From Schizochytrium sp. TIO01 (lineage: Eukaryota; Protista; Bigyra: Labyrinthulomycetes), in contig SMSO01000034.1 in the NCBI GenBank assembly GCA_004764695.1, positions 4,464,001 to 4,528,000 on the forward strand: 64,000 bases of DNA. The letters run 5' to 3'. This document shows, in pieces, positions 22,991 to 34,440 of the stretch (position 1 is its first letter; each line of letters opens with the position of its first letter). The notes below the pieces were generated by a model. It was not told the DNA's origin. It saw nothing but the letters and a program-made list of their open reading frames with translations, and did no database searches. The position numbers were made by a program, and so were the translations under genes.

Positions 22991-25900
22991 TCAACTTGTG
23001 CTCGTCGTTTTAGAGCTACTTCGTTCTTGTAAAAGTTCAGTTGACACCTCTGCAACAATTTGCTGTGGAAGGTGCTTGAGACGATCCATTTGTTGTGCAA
23101 GGTGTTCACGCAACTCACCAATACGAGCAATACGCTCGAGAGAAGTCGCATCGTCATTAGTGCCGGCAATATCTTCTACATCATCGCTCAAAGCACTTAG
23201 AGACATCAGCTCTTCTGTCAATTGCTTACACTCTTCTGTTAAACTCTGCATTCGTTGTGGAAGTACTTCTCTCACACGCTCCTCAAGGCGGACGAATTCA
23301 GCAGGTCCCACACCTGGAGCTAACAGAGTCGTTATGAATGACTCAGCCAGGAGCTCAGCCAATGTTGAGTCTTCCGCCCCTACACGCTCCATCAGGCTTG
23401 TTTTAGAAAGCCACCATGGATCTAGTTGCAAGCGAACGGCAATACGGCGAATTCTTGGGAAACGATCTTCAAGCTGAAAGAGCTCTTTAGAATTATCAAA
23501 GCATACGATGCGCAAAGGCTGAGACTTGCCTACATCGCAAGCTGATTGAATTGCCATTTCGCTTGGGATTTCAACAAACGGAGCTAAAAGTGCGCGTGTC
23601 TCGGGATCACCACCATCCATTAAAATTAACGTTACGCATTGCACAGAAGTAGGAATTTCGGATGTATTCACCACTTGAGGCATAAATGAGTGACTTCGGT
23701 TGACTAGAGACCATACAACATCAGTCAACACACCCGGCTCTTGAAGACGTAGAATAAGGTCTAAACATTCGAAATTTCGTACCTCGCCATTCGGCCGCTC
23801 CATGTCGTGAATAACGATACGTGACGGGGCACCTGCCCATGAGTCCTCAGACATTCTGCGAAGAAAACGTTTAATCTTGCGTTCCCACTCTCGACAATCT
23901 GAGCACATACTTGTGAAGAGTTCAAGCTTTTCAGACTCAGACCCATCCGCGTGACTGCTTGTACGATACACTCCTGAAGCACGCATATTATACGAAGGAC
24001 GAGGTATAACCCCTTGTGCATGCAAGGCCTCCATATTGATGTTGATTTTACACGGTCGAAGTTTGGAATCGAGAGAAGGAGGAAGTTTCTTTTTACGAGT
24101 TGCCACAAGAATGTTGCGAGGATCTGGAGAAAAATGAAGCAGAGCTCCCCAGCTGGCACGATCTTGAATTATAACCCACCACTTCGTACGTCTGATTCCT
24201 TGCTGCACACGAAGCAGCTCTTCTAAAGAGCTGCAAGACAATAGGTGGCAATGACGACCAAGCTCAGCAGCAACACTACTGACTCGCTCGCAGTGCTCAT
24301 CTGCAAAAACAATTGACTCGCTTGCGCGGTGAAACACCTTTGTAAGTGTAAAATGCCAACGCATTGAAGGCATATACAAAAGTGGTGTAGCTTGTCCTCG
24401 CACAATTTCACTCCCATAATATATTTTCTGATTCTCAAAACTTATTGCAATATCGTCACAGGATTCATCATAAGCAAATTGGAAAATTGCGTCTGGATCT
24501 TCATTGTAGGTCTGCTCGTGATTATGAGCTATAGAAAGCATGGTCTCGACATTCGTCAAAACCTGATTACTTTTTGTATTATTTCTTGCTGTAACCAGCA
24601 ATGCGCATACCTCCGAAACAAGTTTGGTTTGTTTCAAGCTGTTTTCGCATAGAAAAATGCGTAGAGCAACAATCAATGCTTGCTTTGGGAAAGCCATAAG
24701 CCATGAAGACAAATTTGGAGACTCATCTTCCATACACATCTTCAGTTTTTGCAAGCTAGTCAATGACAACTCCTTTACCATTTTACCAATCTCCATATCA
24801 ACCAGATCCAGAGATACAGCGGAACATGGTTGGGCTAGCGCAAAGCTTTCATTGATGTCATTGAATACGGTACTAAACATTTGAGAAGCACGGCCAGAGG
24901 ATAGACCATCTTCAGTGTCACCAGAGGTGTTTGCCGCCACCTCAGTGACAGCAACACCTAGAAGATTGCGACGATTATCGTTTGCATGAGTGGTTTTATT
25001 CTGCATCAATGCAGGAACAGCGTACCATGGATAAAGGGCTTGGATAATTTTCATTGAATGTCCAATTGGAGGCGAAGCCTGGGAGCTACCTAAAATGTCT
25101 TCACTAGAATCAGAGATCTTAGGCACTCCCCAGAATGAAAGAAGCTCACGATCGCTTAGATAGCATAAACGAGGCTCATGTCGTCTCCATGCATTGATGA
25201 CTTCCAGTTTTGCACGTTTACACTCCAAGGCATGACTTTGAACTATTTGCAGTTTACTGCTGATCTTCTCCTCCCACACACGCATTCGAGCAAACAAATT
25301 TTCGACATGTTCCTCCTTGCGCATCTCTCGTAGCTTAAACAGATGGTTTTCAATAAGCACTTCGAGTTTCCATACAGCTGTTTCTGGATCATCGAGATGC
25401 CGCTTCAGTTGAAACTCCATGTCATCTAAAGTCTGTTCATACCGAAATTCTGTAGCAGCTATATCAGCCATGGCAACCAACGCATCTAAATAACGCAAAA
25501 GGTGTGGATTCTCTCGAACGACTTTTTCCAGCGTTGAATCGTAGGTTGGCTCAAATAAGGCCAATGAGTGCTCTGCAGAGAACTTTACCCAATGGTAATG
25601 CTGCAATCCACGTGCAGTGATTGCACGAACTAATTTTTCAGTGTCATGAACTTCTCCAACGCGCCGTCTCACCCATATAGACACAGGATGTGTTGTGAGA
25701 GAATCATCCTTGGGCAGTACTTCCTCTTGAATAATTCGAATACGTTCAATAAGACCGTTCACATCTAGCTTAAGTAACGAACCTTTATGCCAAGCGACAT
25801 GAATTTCACTAATATCTGCAGCCGCAGACCATAGAGCACATATTGGTAGAATTCTATCAACTAAAGACTGAGACAACTTTTCTGTGTCTATAAAACGGTC

Positions 25901-28711
25901 ACCAAGACCAATTGAAGAGCTCCTTGAAATAAGTTCCTTGGTTTTTTCGTGCGCTTCAAGAATATTCTCCTCAAGTAAACTTGCGTTAACTGCATACTCA
26001 TCGATTCGATTGAGATCTACATATGCACCAACTACTTCCACCATGCGCTGGAAATCTAAAAGTCGCTTATGATGGCGTGATATAAGATCTTCGAGCTCTG
26101 TACATATGTCACGTTTGCGCAATTCAATGTCATGTCTCACCCGGCCTGCGCGCATTTGCAGTTTACCTGGAAGACCAAGGACTCTCCACATTGCAGCAAG
26201 GTCATCTTCATTCATTATGTATTGCTCTTGCTCAAATAAATCATAGGCAGGCATTATATTATCCTCAATCATAGCCTCGAGGGCTTGCATTCGCTCAGGT
26301 ACCTGCGCGAGCTCTAACATAACACGTTCAAGATCTTCGGATGTCCGCGTGACAATTGTCAATCGAGCTCGTGCTTCTTCGTATACTGCAGTAATTTGCT
26401 CGCAATGCACAAGAGTATCCTTCAGCTTGTTCTGAAGAAACTCTTTTCGGAGTTCCTCGGCTTCGTGAATAAGTTTTTCACGAACGCCTTGCATAGACAG
26501 GTGAAATGCACCAAAAGCACGAAATGCATTCAAGTCCTCTCCATAAGACAATAGTACCTGTGCTTTGTCCAGCATGTCAAGACCCTGAGCACGAGTATGT
26601 AAAACATCACTCATGCGTTGGCATTCCCGTTCGGAGGCATTTGCATCATTTGCCAAGACCTGGGCAAGACGCTGGGCAACCTCCTTAGGACTCATACTCT
26701 CTTCCAGAAGTACATCAAAAGGAACAGACTCAGTCTCTGGAATTTTGGGGCTGTCAAGTACTAATGCATCAATTCGCGGAAAATTTTGAACAGACTGAAC
26801 TATTTGCACAACACAATCCTGTACAACTTTAATACACATATTGCACGTGGGGATCAACTCAATCTTGAAATGATCTGATTGCCCAAGGTGCTCGGCTGCA
26901 AGGTCGTCATCATCATCAGCCTCGTCACTTAGAGTAGTATCTGCAAGTTGCCTGGAGCGAGGTTTCTCACTGTTGCTTGACTCTAGAGCAGACAACATGA
27001 AATGATCATCGCGATCTGCTGAATTTGCAAGCTCGTCAATCATAAGCCAATCTTCGTTTAGCATAGTAAGGCGTTGGCGCGCCAACGTACGCCGTTTTAA
27101 ACCAACTCGCTCTTCCTGCATCCACTCGGCCATTGTCAACCTCTCAACTTTAGTTTCAAGGCAGAAAGCTTGAACACGACGTTGTGTAAAGCCCCGCTCA
27201 AGGGCAACAAGTGAGGAGGCGACAAGCCGCGAGAGAGCTTCCCAAATCATCAGCTGTGTTAGCTTGAGAAGACGGCAAAGACGGTCATGAGAAGTCGATG
27301 TTGCTTGGCTTTGTTTCTTAGCTTGGCGCTCCTGAATTATATCTTCCTCTGAGTCAGAAACCCCACCCTGGTGGAATTCAGAAGGTTGCTGTTGCTGTTG
27401 GTAGTTAGGATTGCGCACAACATGTTCCAAAAGAGCATCATACACTGCAACAATCCAGCTGGATCTTGTCTTGGCGCCAATTCGTTTTATCCAAGATTGC
27501 TGTCTCGTTGAAAAGGTCTTCAAGTCTGCCATTTGCTCAATGAAGCTCTCATCAATAAGCAAGGTCCCATGACTGAAGGCTTCGTTAACCATATTAATCT
27601 TTTGCAGAGCAGCAAGTGCGCGAGGTTCCCCAATGAAGGCTCTCTTTGAGTACATTCTTGCCAAACGCTGCACTCTCGATCGAGAGGGGTTAGCCATCGC
27701 GGCACCGGTGTCTAATGAAAGAAAGTCTGATTTTGACTTGAGACGCCATCGAACACCAGCAAGAAACTGGGCTTGCATAAATGCTCCGTGAACTTCTTCT
27801 AACATTGATCTCCATAGTGCAGGACTATTATGGGTGGAACCGTAGATACCATTTAATTGAAAGGGCCGAAGCATTGGTTTTGACTTCAATACCAACCTAT
27901 TTACCATAGGAGAAGTAATAGGTCCAATGACCTCTTCCAGAAAGGGAGCATTGGGATCGTTTAACTCCTCATCCTGAGTTTGTGGGACAGGGTTGACGCC
28001 AACATCGGTAATAAAATTTTGCACCGAATCCACAATTGCAGCTTGTAGCTTACTCATACGAGCTTGGTGAGTGGCAAGGTTTTCCTTATCGCTCCTCCAT
28101 ACTCGAGTCCACGAAATCCAAAACTGATTTGTTTCCTCGGGCCAACAGATAAGATAGCGATCTCCTTGAAAGTCATGCAGCGTGCAGGGATTCCAAACCA
28201 TTTCTTGGGTGTCTACATGACGTAGTGCATGCGCTTGACAGGGTATAAACCCAGAGCTCCCATTCTCTGGATAAAGTGAGAAAAGGTCATCGCACTCGGA
28301 ATCATTGTTGTTCGTTTGAAGAGGATCGATTTCAGAAGCGGGAGCCGTTGGTCCAGCATGGATCTGGCATACGTTTGAAAGATCTTCATCTCTAGCGTCA
28401 TATTCGTGGAGTATTTGGCTTGGATATCGGCCCTTTCCTGGTTCATGAATCCGGGCTCGTTGCTCTGCGGCCTGTAGGGTTTTTCGTGTTCGAATTTGGC
28501 GCAGCGACTCAGTTCTTTTTGCACCAGGGAGCCGGGGTGGCCGCTGAGGACGAAGTTGACGCCCTCTATCAGGTGAAGCAACTCCTCCAAAACGCTGCTG
28601 CGGCCTTTCTGCCTCTTGTCTCCAGTCTAAAACCTCTTCTCGAGCCCTTTGGATACTTCGGAAGAGCTTCTCCCGGGCCTGTTGGGCCTTTTGCGATTTG
28701 TATGTTTGCAT
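22991..28711 (-). CDS. Truncated, degenerate axonemal (inner-arm type) dynein heavy chain-like protein
   Basis: Colinear degenerate dynein motifs: RYLICW...WISW, PICALW...WHKGSLLKLD, RGLQHYHW, IAATEFRYEQTLDDME, RMRVWEEKI, EPRLCYLSDRELL (cf. FPRFYFLSNDELL), WLMAFPKQ, IYYGSEIVRG..PLLYMP (cf. YGYEYLG..RLVITP), LPPSLDSKLRP (cf. LPDNLKALFR). No GxxxxGKT. Confidence 0.8.
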   Translation of the reverse strand: MQTYKSQKAQQAREKLFRSIQRAREEVLDWRQEAERPQQRFGGVASPDRGRQLRPQRPPRLPGAKRTESLRQIRTRKTLQAAEQRARIHEPGKGRYPSQILHEYDARDEDLSNVCQIHAGPTAPASEIDPLQTNNNDSECDDLFSLYPENGSSGFIPCQAHALRHVDTQEMVWNPCTLHDFQGDRYLICWPEETNQFWISWTRVWRSDKENLATHQARMSKLQAAIVDSVQNFITDVGVNPVPQTQDEELNDPNAPFLEEVIGPITSPMVNRLVLKSKPMLRPFQLNGIYGSTHNSPALWRSMLEEVHGAFMQAQFLAGVRWRLKSKSDFLSLDTGAAMANPSRSRVQRLARMYSKRAFIGEPRALAALQKINMVNEAFSHGTLLIDESFIEQMADLKTFSTRQQSWIKRIGAKTRSSWIVAVYDALLEHVVRNPNYQQQQQPSEFHQGGVSDSEEDIIQERQAKKQSQATSTSHDRLCRLLKLTQLMIWEALSRLVASSLVALERGFTQRRVQAFCLETKVERLTMAEWMQEERVGLKRRTLARQRLTMLNEDWLMIDELANSADRDDHFMLSALESSNSEKPRSRQLADTTLSDEADDDDDLAAEHLGQSDHFKIELIPTCNMCIKVVQDCVVQIVQSVQNFPRIDALVLDSPKIPETESVPFDVLLEESMSPKEVAQRLAQVLANDANASERECQRMSDVLHTRAQGLDMLDKAQVLLSYGEDLNAFRAFGAFHLSMQGVREKLIHEAEELRKEFLQNKLKDTLVHCEQITAVYEEARARLTIVTRTSEDLERVMLELAQVPERMQALEAMIEDNIMPAYDLFEQEQYIMNEDDLAAMWRVLGLPGKLQMRAGRVRHDIELRKRDICTELEDLISRHHKRLLDFQRMVEVVGAYVDLNRIDEYAVNASLLEENILEAHEKTKELISRSSSIGLGDRFIDTEKLSQSLVDRILPICALWSAAADISEIHVAWHKGSLLKLDVNGLIERIRIIQEEVLPKDDSLTTHPVSIWVRRRVGEVHDTEKLVRAITARGLQHYHWVKFSAEHSLALFEPTYDSTLEKVVRENPHLLRYLDALVAMADIAATEFRYEQTLDDMEFQLKRHLDDPETAVWKLEVLIENHLFKLREMRKEEHVENLFARMRVWEEKISSKLQIVQSHALECKRAKLEVINAWRRHEPRLCYLSDRELLSFWGVPKISDSSEDILGSSQASPPIGHSMKIIQALYPWYAVPALMQNKTTHANDNRRNLLGVAVTEVAANTSGDTEDGLSSGRASQMFSTVFNDINESFALAQPCSAVSLDLVDMEIGKMVKELSLTSLQKLKMCMEDESPNLSSWLMAFPKQALIVALRIFLCENSLKQTKLVSEVCALLVTARNNTKSNQVLTNVETMLSIAHNHEQTYNEDPDAIFQFAYDESCDDIAISFENQKIYYGSEIVRGQATPLLYMPSMRWHFTLTKVFHRASESIVFADEHCERVSSVAAELGRHCHLLSCSSLEELLRVQQGIRRTKWWVIIQDRASWGALLHFSPDPRNILVATRKKKLPPSLDSKLRPCKININMEALHAQGVIPRPSYNMRASGVYRTSSHADGSESEKLELFTSMCSDCREWERKIKRFLRRMSEDSWAGAPSRIVIHDMERPNGEVRNFECLDLILRLQEPGVLTDVVWSLVNRSHSFMPQVVNTSEIPTSVQCVTLILMDGGDPETRALLAPFVEIPSEMAIQSACDVGKSQPLRIVCFDNSKELFQLEDRFPRIRRIAVRLQLDPWWLSKTSLMERVGAEDSTLAELLAESFITTLLAPGVGPAEFVRLEERVREVLPQRMQSLTEECKQLTEELMSLSALSDDVEDIAGTNDDATSLERIARIGELREHLAQQMDRLKHLPQQIVAEVSTELLQERSSSKTTSTS

Positions 28712-29443
28712 GGTCTAGATTGCAGGAGAACGCATGGAGTAATGCATAGGAGGGAAACAACGCCAGTTTGACTACTCTCTAGGGACAGCTCAATAGGTAT
28801 GCTCAGATCCCACCTCAAAGTTATTTACAAAGAAACAGTAAGCTGATCGCTTCTAATTTTAGAAGCTGATACTCCCAGTGGTTTTACGAACGTTAGAACG
28901 CGACCCTTAGTATTTCTTGCTGCCACAGTTTTTCTCAGTAGGGTTACTATCTGACTCTAAACAAGTAAATATAGTCTTAGCCTTACTATTTGCTCCACTG
29001 GAAGCCCTGTTTCTCCATTGTCCTTTGCCTTTGCCTTCTTCAAAAACTCATCCATCCTTCATCTAATAAATCCGTTAGCTAAATAAACATACAATTCCAG
29101 TTATATATTAACTTTTAAAAAGAGGTGTGTACTTTTCACGTGCGTATATGGAACGTAACAACACGCGCGGGAATCACTAGTATATTTTATTTCGTATATT
29201 ACATTAAAAAGGAGTAAAGTAGGTGGATAGCAAGTTGCATTGCATTTATCGTGGGGTGCTGTGATGAAATCAATTCTAAATACAAAGTAAAAGAAACAAG
29301 GTGTATATAATATTGATACCGATTATCAGATCGTTTCAGTACTAGGCCTATATAATAAAATTGTGAGGTATGTTGTAAATCAATCAAGTCAAAGAGTTTT
29401 GCTTCAACTTCTGTTACGTACAGCATATTCTGTTTGCGAGAAA

Positions 29444-31126
29444 ATGGCGTCCTCAGCAACTCAGGAGGAGTCGGCAGGATTTGGGGAGGAGGTGAATAAC
29501 ATGGCTTCGTCAGAATCGTCAGACTCAATCCAAGCACCATGCTGTGGATCTTGTTTTGGATTTTTAGTTCGCAAGAGCACCAAAAAGACGTCTATGCCAG
29601 ATATCCAAGGAGATGACCGTGCACACCAACATAACCAAGACCCGGTGGAACCAGGGGTAAATGTTGAACATGTAGTGCAGGTTGAAACTGATGCAAGGGC
29701 ATCTCCAGGATCTAGTGGTGCCTCAAACACTGCTCAAGCTCATGTTGGTGAGGTAGAACTTGTTGAAAAGGGCAATTCAAAAAGAAAGAACCTTGCTTCA
29801 AGCAAATACTCTTCCAATGTAAGCCAGGAGTTTGAAGACATTAATCTTGATGACGACCACAGCTCTCTTGAGTCTAGGGAACATTTGTCAGCCAGCAAGT
29901 CATCACGTGCGAGCCACTCAATGCTCAAGCACTGGAGCGAGCAACTTGTCATCGGCGCTTCGAGAAAGAAGCATCAAGGAAGTGCAGGTTTATCTCCAAT
30001 TGAACCTTCAACACCGGAAACGCCAGACCTGGAACTTAATGTGGGCAAGGAGAACGAAACCAAGTCCACTTTAGAAACGGATTTAAGTGGCAACCAACCC
30101 GACGCTCGGGATCAAGTTACGTCTGAGGATGACATCGATTCATTTGAATCTGAAGATAGCCCGAATGATAGTCAGGATGAAAGTCAGGATGAAATTCAGG
30201 ATGAAAGTCAGGATGAAAGTCAGGATGAAAGTCAGGATGAAAGTCAGGATGAAGGCCAGGAGGTTAAGAGTGATGCCGAGAATCGGCCAAATGACAGAGT
30301 CTACCAGAAATCAAAACATTCCAGTGCCTCGGAGGCTGAAGTTCAGGTATTGCCACCAAAAGAGGAATCTGCTGCTGATCAGGGATTAAAGGAGAGCGCA
30401 AGGATTACCGCAGAAGTAAGTGCGTTAGATGCTTCCCGCAAATCTACAACATCTACTTTGCAAGATTTAGAGAATGCTGGAAAGCTCAGAGCACTGTCCG
30501 AAGATACATCAACACGAAAGGCAAATTGTTTGCCAGCAAAGACTAGCAATTATAAAGGAGAGGATGAAGAGACCAAGGGTAGTGATGTCCATGAGCAAAA
30601 GATGGAGACCCGGCATCCCAACACCAGATCAAAAAGCGAACATATTAACCGAGGACGATGGCAGGAGCTGAAAGATTCCCGAACAGGACGCATGTACTAT
30701 TATAATGATGCAACACGTCAAAGTGTGTGGAAAAAACCTGTAGGCTTTGACGAGCAGAACATCTTGTATGCGCTTGAAGAAAAACGAAAGGGCCAGGTCG
30801 ATTGGATTGAAGCGGTTGATGAGCATGGTCGCGTATACTATTTTGATAAAAATACACACGAATCTCGTTGGGACAGGCCAGCATGCCTCTCACTTCCCGA
30901 GGTAGCTAAGAAGCTTTCCAAGGAGCAAAACAAAATGAATCCATCATTAAAGGTTGAGATTTCTCCACAGTACGATATACCAAAAAATACTCGTTGCAAC
31001 GGGGCAATTTCACCAACAATGTTGGCGCAGGCTATGGGCAATCGGGCACGATCCGCTAGTCAGTCGGCGAAAGCTTCTCTTCATCGAATGTCTCCTACGA
31101 ACTGCGTGCATAGGAACCCATTATGA
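29444..31126 (+). CDS. Disordered protein with two C-terminal WW domains
   Basis: WQELKDSRTGRMYYYNDATRQSVWKKP and WIEAVDEHGRVYYFDKNTHESRWDRP are canonical WW domains. Cys cluster CCGSC near the N-terminus. Confidence 0.88.
   Translation: MASSATQEESAGFGEEVNNMASSESSDSIQAPCCGSCFGFLVRKSTKKTSMPDIQGDDRAHQHNQDPVEPGVNVEHVVQVETDARASPGSSGASNTAQAHVGEVELVEKGNSKRKNLASSKYSSNVSQEFEDINLDDDHSSLESREHLSASKSSRASHSMLKHWSEQLVIGASRKKHQGSAGLSPIEPSTPETPDLELNVGKENETKSTLETDLSGNQPDARDQVTSEDDIDSFESEDSPNDSQDESQDEIQDESQDESQDESQDESQDEGQEVKSDAENRPNDRVYQKSKHSSASEAEVQVLPPKEESAADQGLKESARITAEVSALDASRKSTTSTLQDLENAGKLRALSEDTSTRKANCLPAKTSNYKGEDEETKGSDVHEQKMETRHPNTRSKSEHINRGRWQELKDSRTGRMYYYNDATRQSVWKKPVGFDEQNILYALEEKRKGQVDWIEAVDEHGRVYYFDKNTHESRWDRPACLSLPEVAKKLSKEQNKMNPSLKVEISPQYDIPKNTRCNGAISPTMLAQAMGNRARSASQSAKASLHRMSPTNCVHRNPL
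30171..30253 (+). repeat. 12-bp coding minisatellite (GTCAGGATGAAA)n encoding SQDE repeats
   Basis: About 7 near-perfect in-frame units. Confidence 0.92.
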
Positions 31127-31425
31127 AGATGCGTATGAAAACTAAAAAATATTTGATCACTGTGAGGATGACATAAAAAATCATTTGAAATTAACTCTTT
31201 CTGATGTTATCAGTTTTAAAAAATGGAAACACTTGGCCAATTTGCGAGTGCAAACTATATGTTCCATTGCGCTTGGGAGAACTATTTTCTCTCTACCTGT
31301 TAGCATTGGTTGGACGCATACAACCTTGGGGATATAATGGACAACATAGAGAGTACGCTTAGGAAACAGAATCAGGAGAAAATTCTTTGATCAGATGAAT
31401 ATAAATGAGATCTATTGTATGTAGT

Positions 31426-33666
31426 CTACATATCCAAGGTGGATACCAGGTGAACACCACCGGGGCCCATACTGGTGGCACTAGCGCCAGCACTTCGCTT
31501 GGTTTTCCCTGAAATTTCATCGTCAATGGCGGGTACATGAAATGGCTTACTGTATGCTTCATGTAAAGCCCTATCAAGCATTTCGCTTGCAAACGTATCC
31601 TCTGGTTTGATACCAAGTGCGCTATGGTAACTCTGAATGGCATCTTCCAACCGGTTTTGCAAATGGTATACGAATCCAATTGCAGAGTAGATGGAAGCTT
31701 CCTTAGGATTATAACTGAGAGCCTCTTCGTAGTATCTTATGGCCTCGTCATACTTGCGCATACGGCGATATGCATGACCAAGATTAAACATAACAGGTTC
31801 CCATGCGTGACGTAAGCGCTCGGGTTGATTTCTGCACAAAGCAAGCCCTTCTTTGAAGCAGTCAATAGCCTCCTTGAGGCGGCCTTGGCGGTAATGAACA
31901 ACACCAAGCTCATTATACACGAGGGGGTCGGTGGCACACATAGTTTTTGCCTGGCGGCAGAACTGTTCAGCTAAGGGAACATTGTTTGTGCGCAGGTATT
32001 CAATGGCGGTGCACAAGACAGGCAAGTGGCAACCAGTGAAAAGGCGAGAAGAGGTGCGATAGGCGGCCATAGCTTGATCCGACTCATCTTGGGCGGCAAA
32101 GGAGTGTCCAAAGCCTATCCAAGCTTCTGCCATGGATGGATCAATTACTGTAGCCTTATGAAAGAAGCGTCGAGCGGCCTCATATTTCCCAATACAATAA
32201 TAGTAGCAAGCCACGGCAAACCATGACATTGCGAGAGACGGGTAAGCATCAACTAACTGGTGCGCGGTGTGGAAAAGCTCACTTTTGCGCTTAAGCTCCA
32301 CAAGTGCTGCAAGGTGCACTTTGAGGCAGCGCAAATGAAATGGATCCTTGGCTCGGATTTTGGAAGTGAGTTGATATGCACCGAGAGGGTCTTGTTGCTG
32401 AAAAATACATTCTGCGCGGTCAGCAGCGCAATCTAAATCGTTACCAAGGTTGTAGAGACGAGTGTCCACATATGGTGTAATGGAGGATCCAGAGGCCTCT
32501 GATGGGTTGGCCGCGACGATCTTGTTAAGGCGCTTGAAGCGAGAGTCGAGTGGCTGGCTGAAGTCATGCTTGCTCAGACGACTTGAGTACACAGGGAATA
32601 GCCAAGCGGCTTGCCCTTCGAAGGCACCTGCACGGTGAAGTTCATTCATGAGCTGGCGTTCTTCCACAGGGCGAAGCTGGCTGTCCACCAGAGCATCAAA
32701 TGCCTCATAACAATAGATATCGCAAACCAGAGCAGCCCGAAACCATTTCGAAGCTCGTGGGCGGTTATCAAGGGTTTCGTACACGCGGCCTCGCAGTAAA
32801 CAAAGCATGGCAATAGGGTTGATCTGAGACGGACGCTGCGCCTCTTGAAGTTCTTCTTCATCCATAAGGTCTTCATCTGCTGCTGACCCGGTCGATTTTC
32901 TAGCTGCAGATGGAGGTGCCGTGGATGTCTCTCCTGCAGCAATCATGGCGTTGATTCTCTCAGCACGGCTGCGAAGATTGTCGAGACTGAGTTCACCCAA
33001 AACCTGCTCAAGTACACCTTGAGCTTCTTCATGCTGGGTACTCTCCACAAGACATTGCACAGCCAAGACGACAAAATCAATGTTTTCGTCTACAAGTTTA
33101 TCGCGAGGAAGTTTGCTTGTAGCCTGTGCATTTCGGTGCTGACGACGTCCACTGCCGTTGATGAGATCATTCTCAAATGTAAACTTGGCATTGGACGAGG
33201 TACCCATCGCAGATGCAGGACCCAAAGGATTTACTCCGCTGCGATCGGACCTTGCGGAGAACATGCCTACGTTGGCTGTGTTGACCCTCGAGACTCCTGG
33301 AGGTCGCTTGTTCTCCTGTTGTGTCTGCAGAAAACCGTGGCTCTGGATGAGATGCACAGCACGCCGGTACTGTTTGCCGCGGTAGTAAGCTTGTGCAAGG
33401 AGCAGAATATCGCGAGGCTGCCCACCGGATAGCGTTACGAGTTTGGAGGCGAAAAAGATGGCGTTCTCGTACATGTTGGACGAAAGGCTTCCCTGTACCA
33501 TGCGTCTAAGCTGTACGAGGCTTACTTCGAGAGCACCCCCTGGTGTTCCCACCCTTGTGGGAACATGCTTTGTCAGAATTGGTTTGGCTTCTGGAGTTTT
33601 AGCATCTTCGTCGTCGCTGATAGCGCCTAAAGAGAGTCTCAGGGGTTTCACGCCCTTCCGAGTCAT
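31426..33666 (-). CDS. CDC16: Anaphase-promoting complex subunit 6 (CDC16/Cut9), TPR protein
   Basis: YENAIFFASKL, CYEAFDALV, SWFAVACYYY, ARRFFHKAT, AWIGFGHSFAAQDESDQAMAAYRT, DPLVYNELGVV, FNLGHAYRR, YHSALGIKPEDTFASEML are all APC6-typical. Confidence 0.95.
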   Translation of the reverse strand: MTRKGVKPLRLSLGAISDDEDAKTPEAKPILTKHVPTRVGTPGGALEVSLVQLRRMVQGSLSSNMYENAIFFASKLVTLSGGQPRDILLLAQAYYRGKQYRRAVHLIQSHGFLQTQQENKRPPGVSRVNTANVGMFSARSDRSGVNPLGPASAMGTSSNAKFTFENDLINGSGRRQHRNAQATSKLPRDKLVDENIDFVVLAVQCLVESTQHEEAQGVLEQVLGELSLDNLRSRAERINAMIAAGETSTAPPSAARKSTGSAADEDLMDEEELQEAQRPSQINPIAMLCLLRGRVYETLDNRPRASKWFRAALVCDIYCYEAFDALVDSQLRPVEERQLMNELHRAGAFEGQAAWLFPVYSSRLSKHDFSQPLDSRFKRLNKIVAANPSEASGSSITPYVDTRLYNLGNDLDCAADRAECIFQQQDPLGAYQLTSKIRAKDPFHLRCLKVHLAALVELKRKSELFHTAHQLVDAYPSLAMSWFAVACYYYCIGKYEAARRFFHKATVIDPSMAEAWIGFGHSFAAQDESDQAMAAYRTSSRLFTGCHLPVLCTAIEYLRTNNVPLAEQFCRQAKTMCATDPLVYNELGVVHYRQGRLKEAIDCFKEGLALCRNQPERLRHAWEPVMFNLGHAYRRMRKYDEAIRYYEEALSYNPKEASIYSAIGFVYHLQNRLEDAIQSYHSALGIKPEDTFASEMLDRALHEAYSKPFHVPAIDDEISGKTKRSAGASATSMGPGGVHLVSTLDM

Positions 33667-34440
33667 TTTGACCTTACTTTATCGATCTCTTGCAATATAT
33701 TGTTACAATCCCAAGCCTCAGACAAATATCAGTTTCAACCTCGAAATACACGCTGTGTTAGTTTCTTATGCCCCTTAACTTTTGTATATATGAGAGATGA
33801 GAGATTTAGATACTGCTGTTTTCCCTTCCACAATCAGCTCCTTCGAGTCGCTAATGGATACTAACGAAACTGCTTTTATTCACCACTGATGTGATCTTTA
33901 TGCAGCAGACCTGCCTCAATGGCTCCGCTCCTCACTGGCAATAGTGGCCTTAAGTAGATCCAACAAAGTCTACAGCAACTAAAGAAACAGCAGGTTGCTA
34001 CTGTTGATGAAGGTGCGATAGATGCAGAGGTGAGCAACCGTCGGGATGAGTTCTGCGCCTGCACCTGCCTGCACGAGTCCTCAGGAGCACAGATTATGAG
34101 GTGGTGGCGTCGCCAAGAATAGCCCAGCAAATAGAGTATCCCTTTCGCAGCGCCTTGGAGCGTGTTTGCTCGCTCCGATTCTTATGCTTCGCCGCGCGCC
34201 TGGCGTCGCGTTCTCTTTCCTCAATTTGGTCTGCTGGCCTTACTCTTACTACGAACAATCAATTCTATTTCTAAACTCTACTGACGCACAAATTTACAAT
34301 ACGTTATAAACCCCACTATACTATACACAATCCACATTTACTATAGACAATAAAACAGCCTCAGCTTTACCCTCTCTTTCCCATAGAAATCTTTAAAGAG
34401 AAAAGTGTCTGTTTCATCCCAGCGCTCAGCTTGAACTCAA

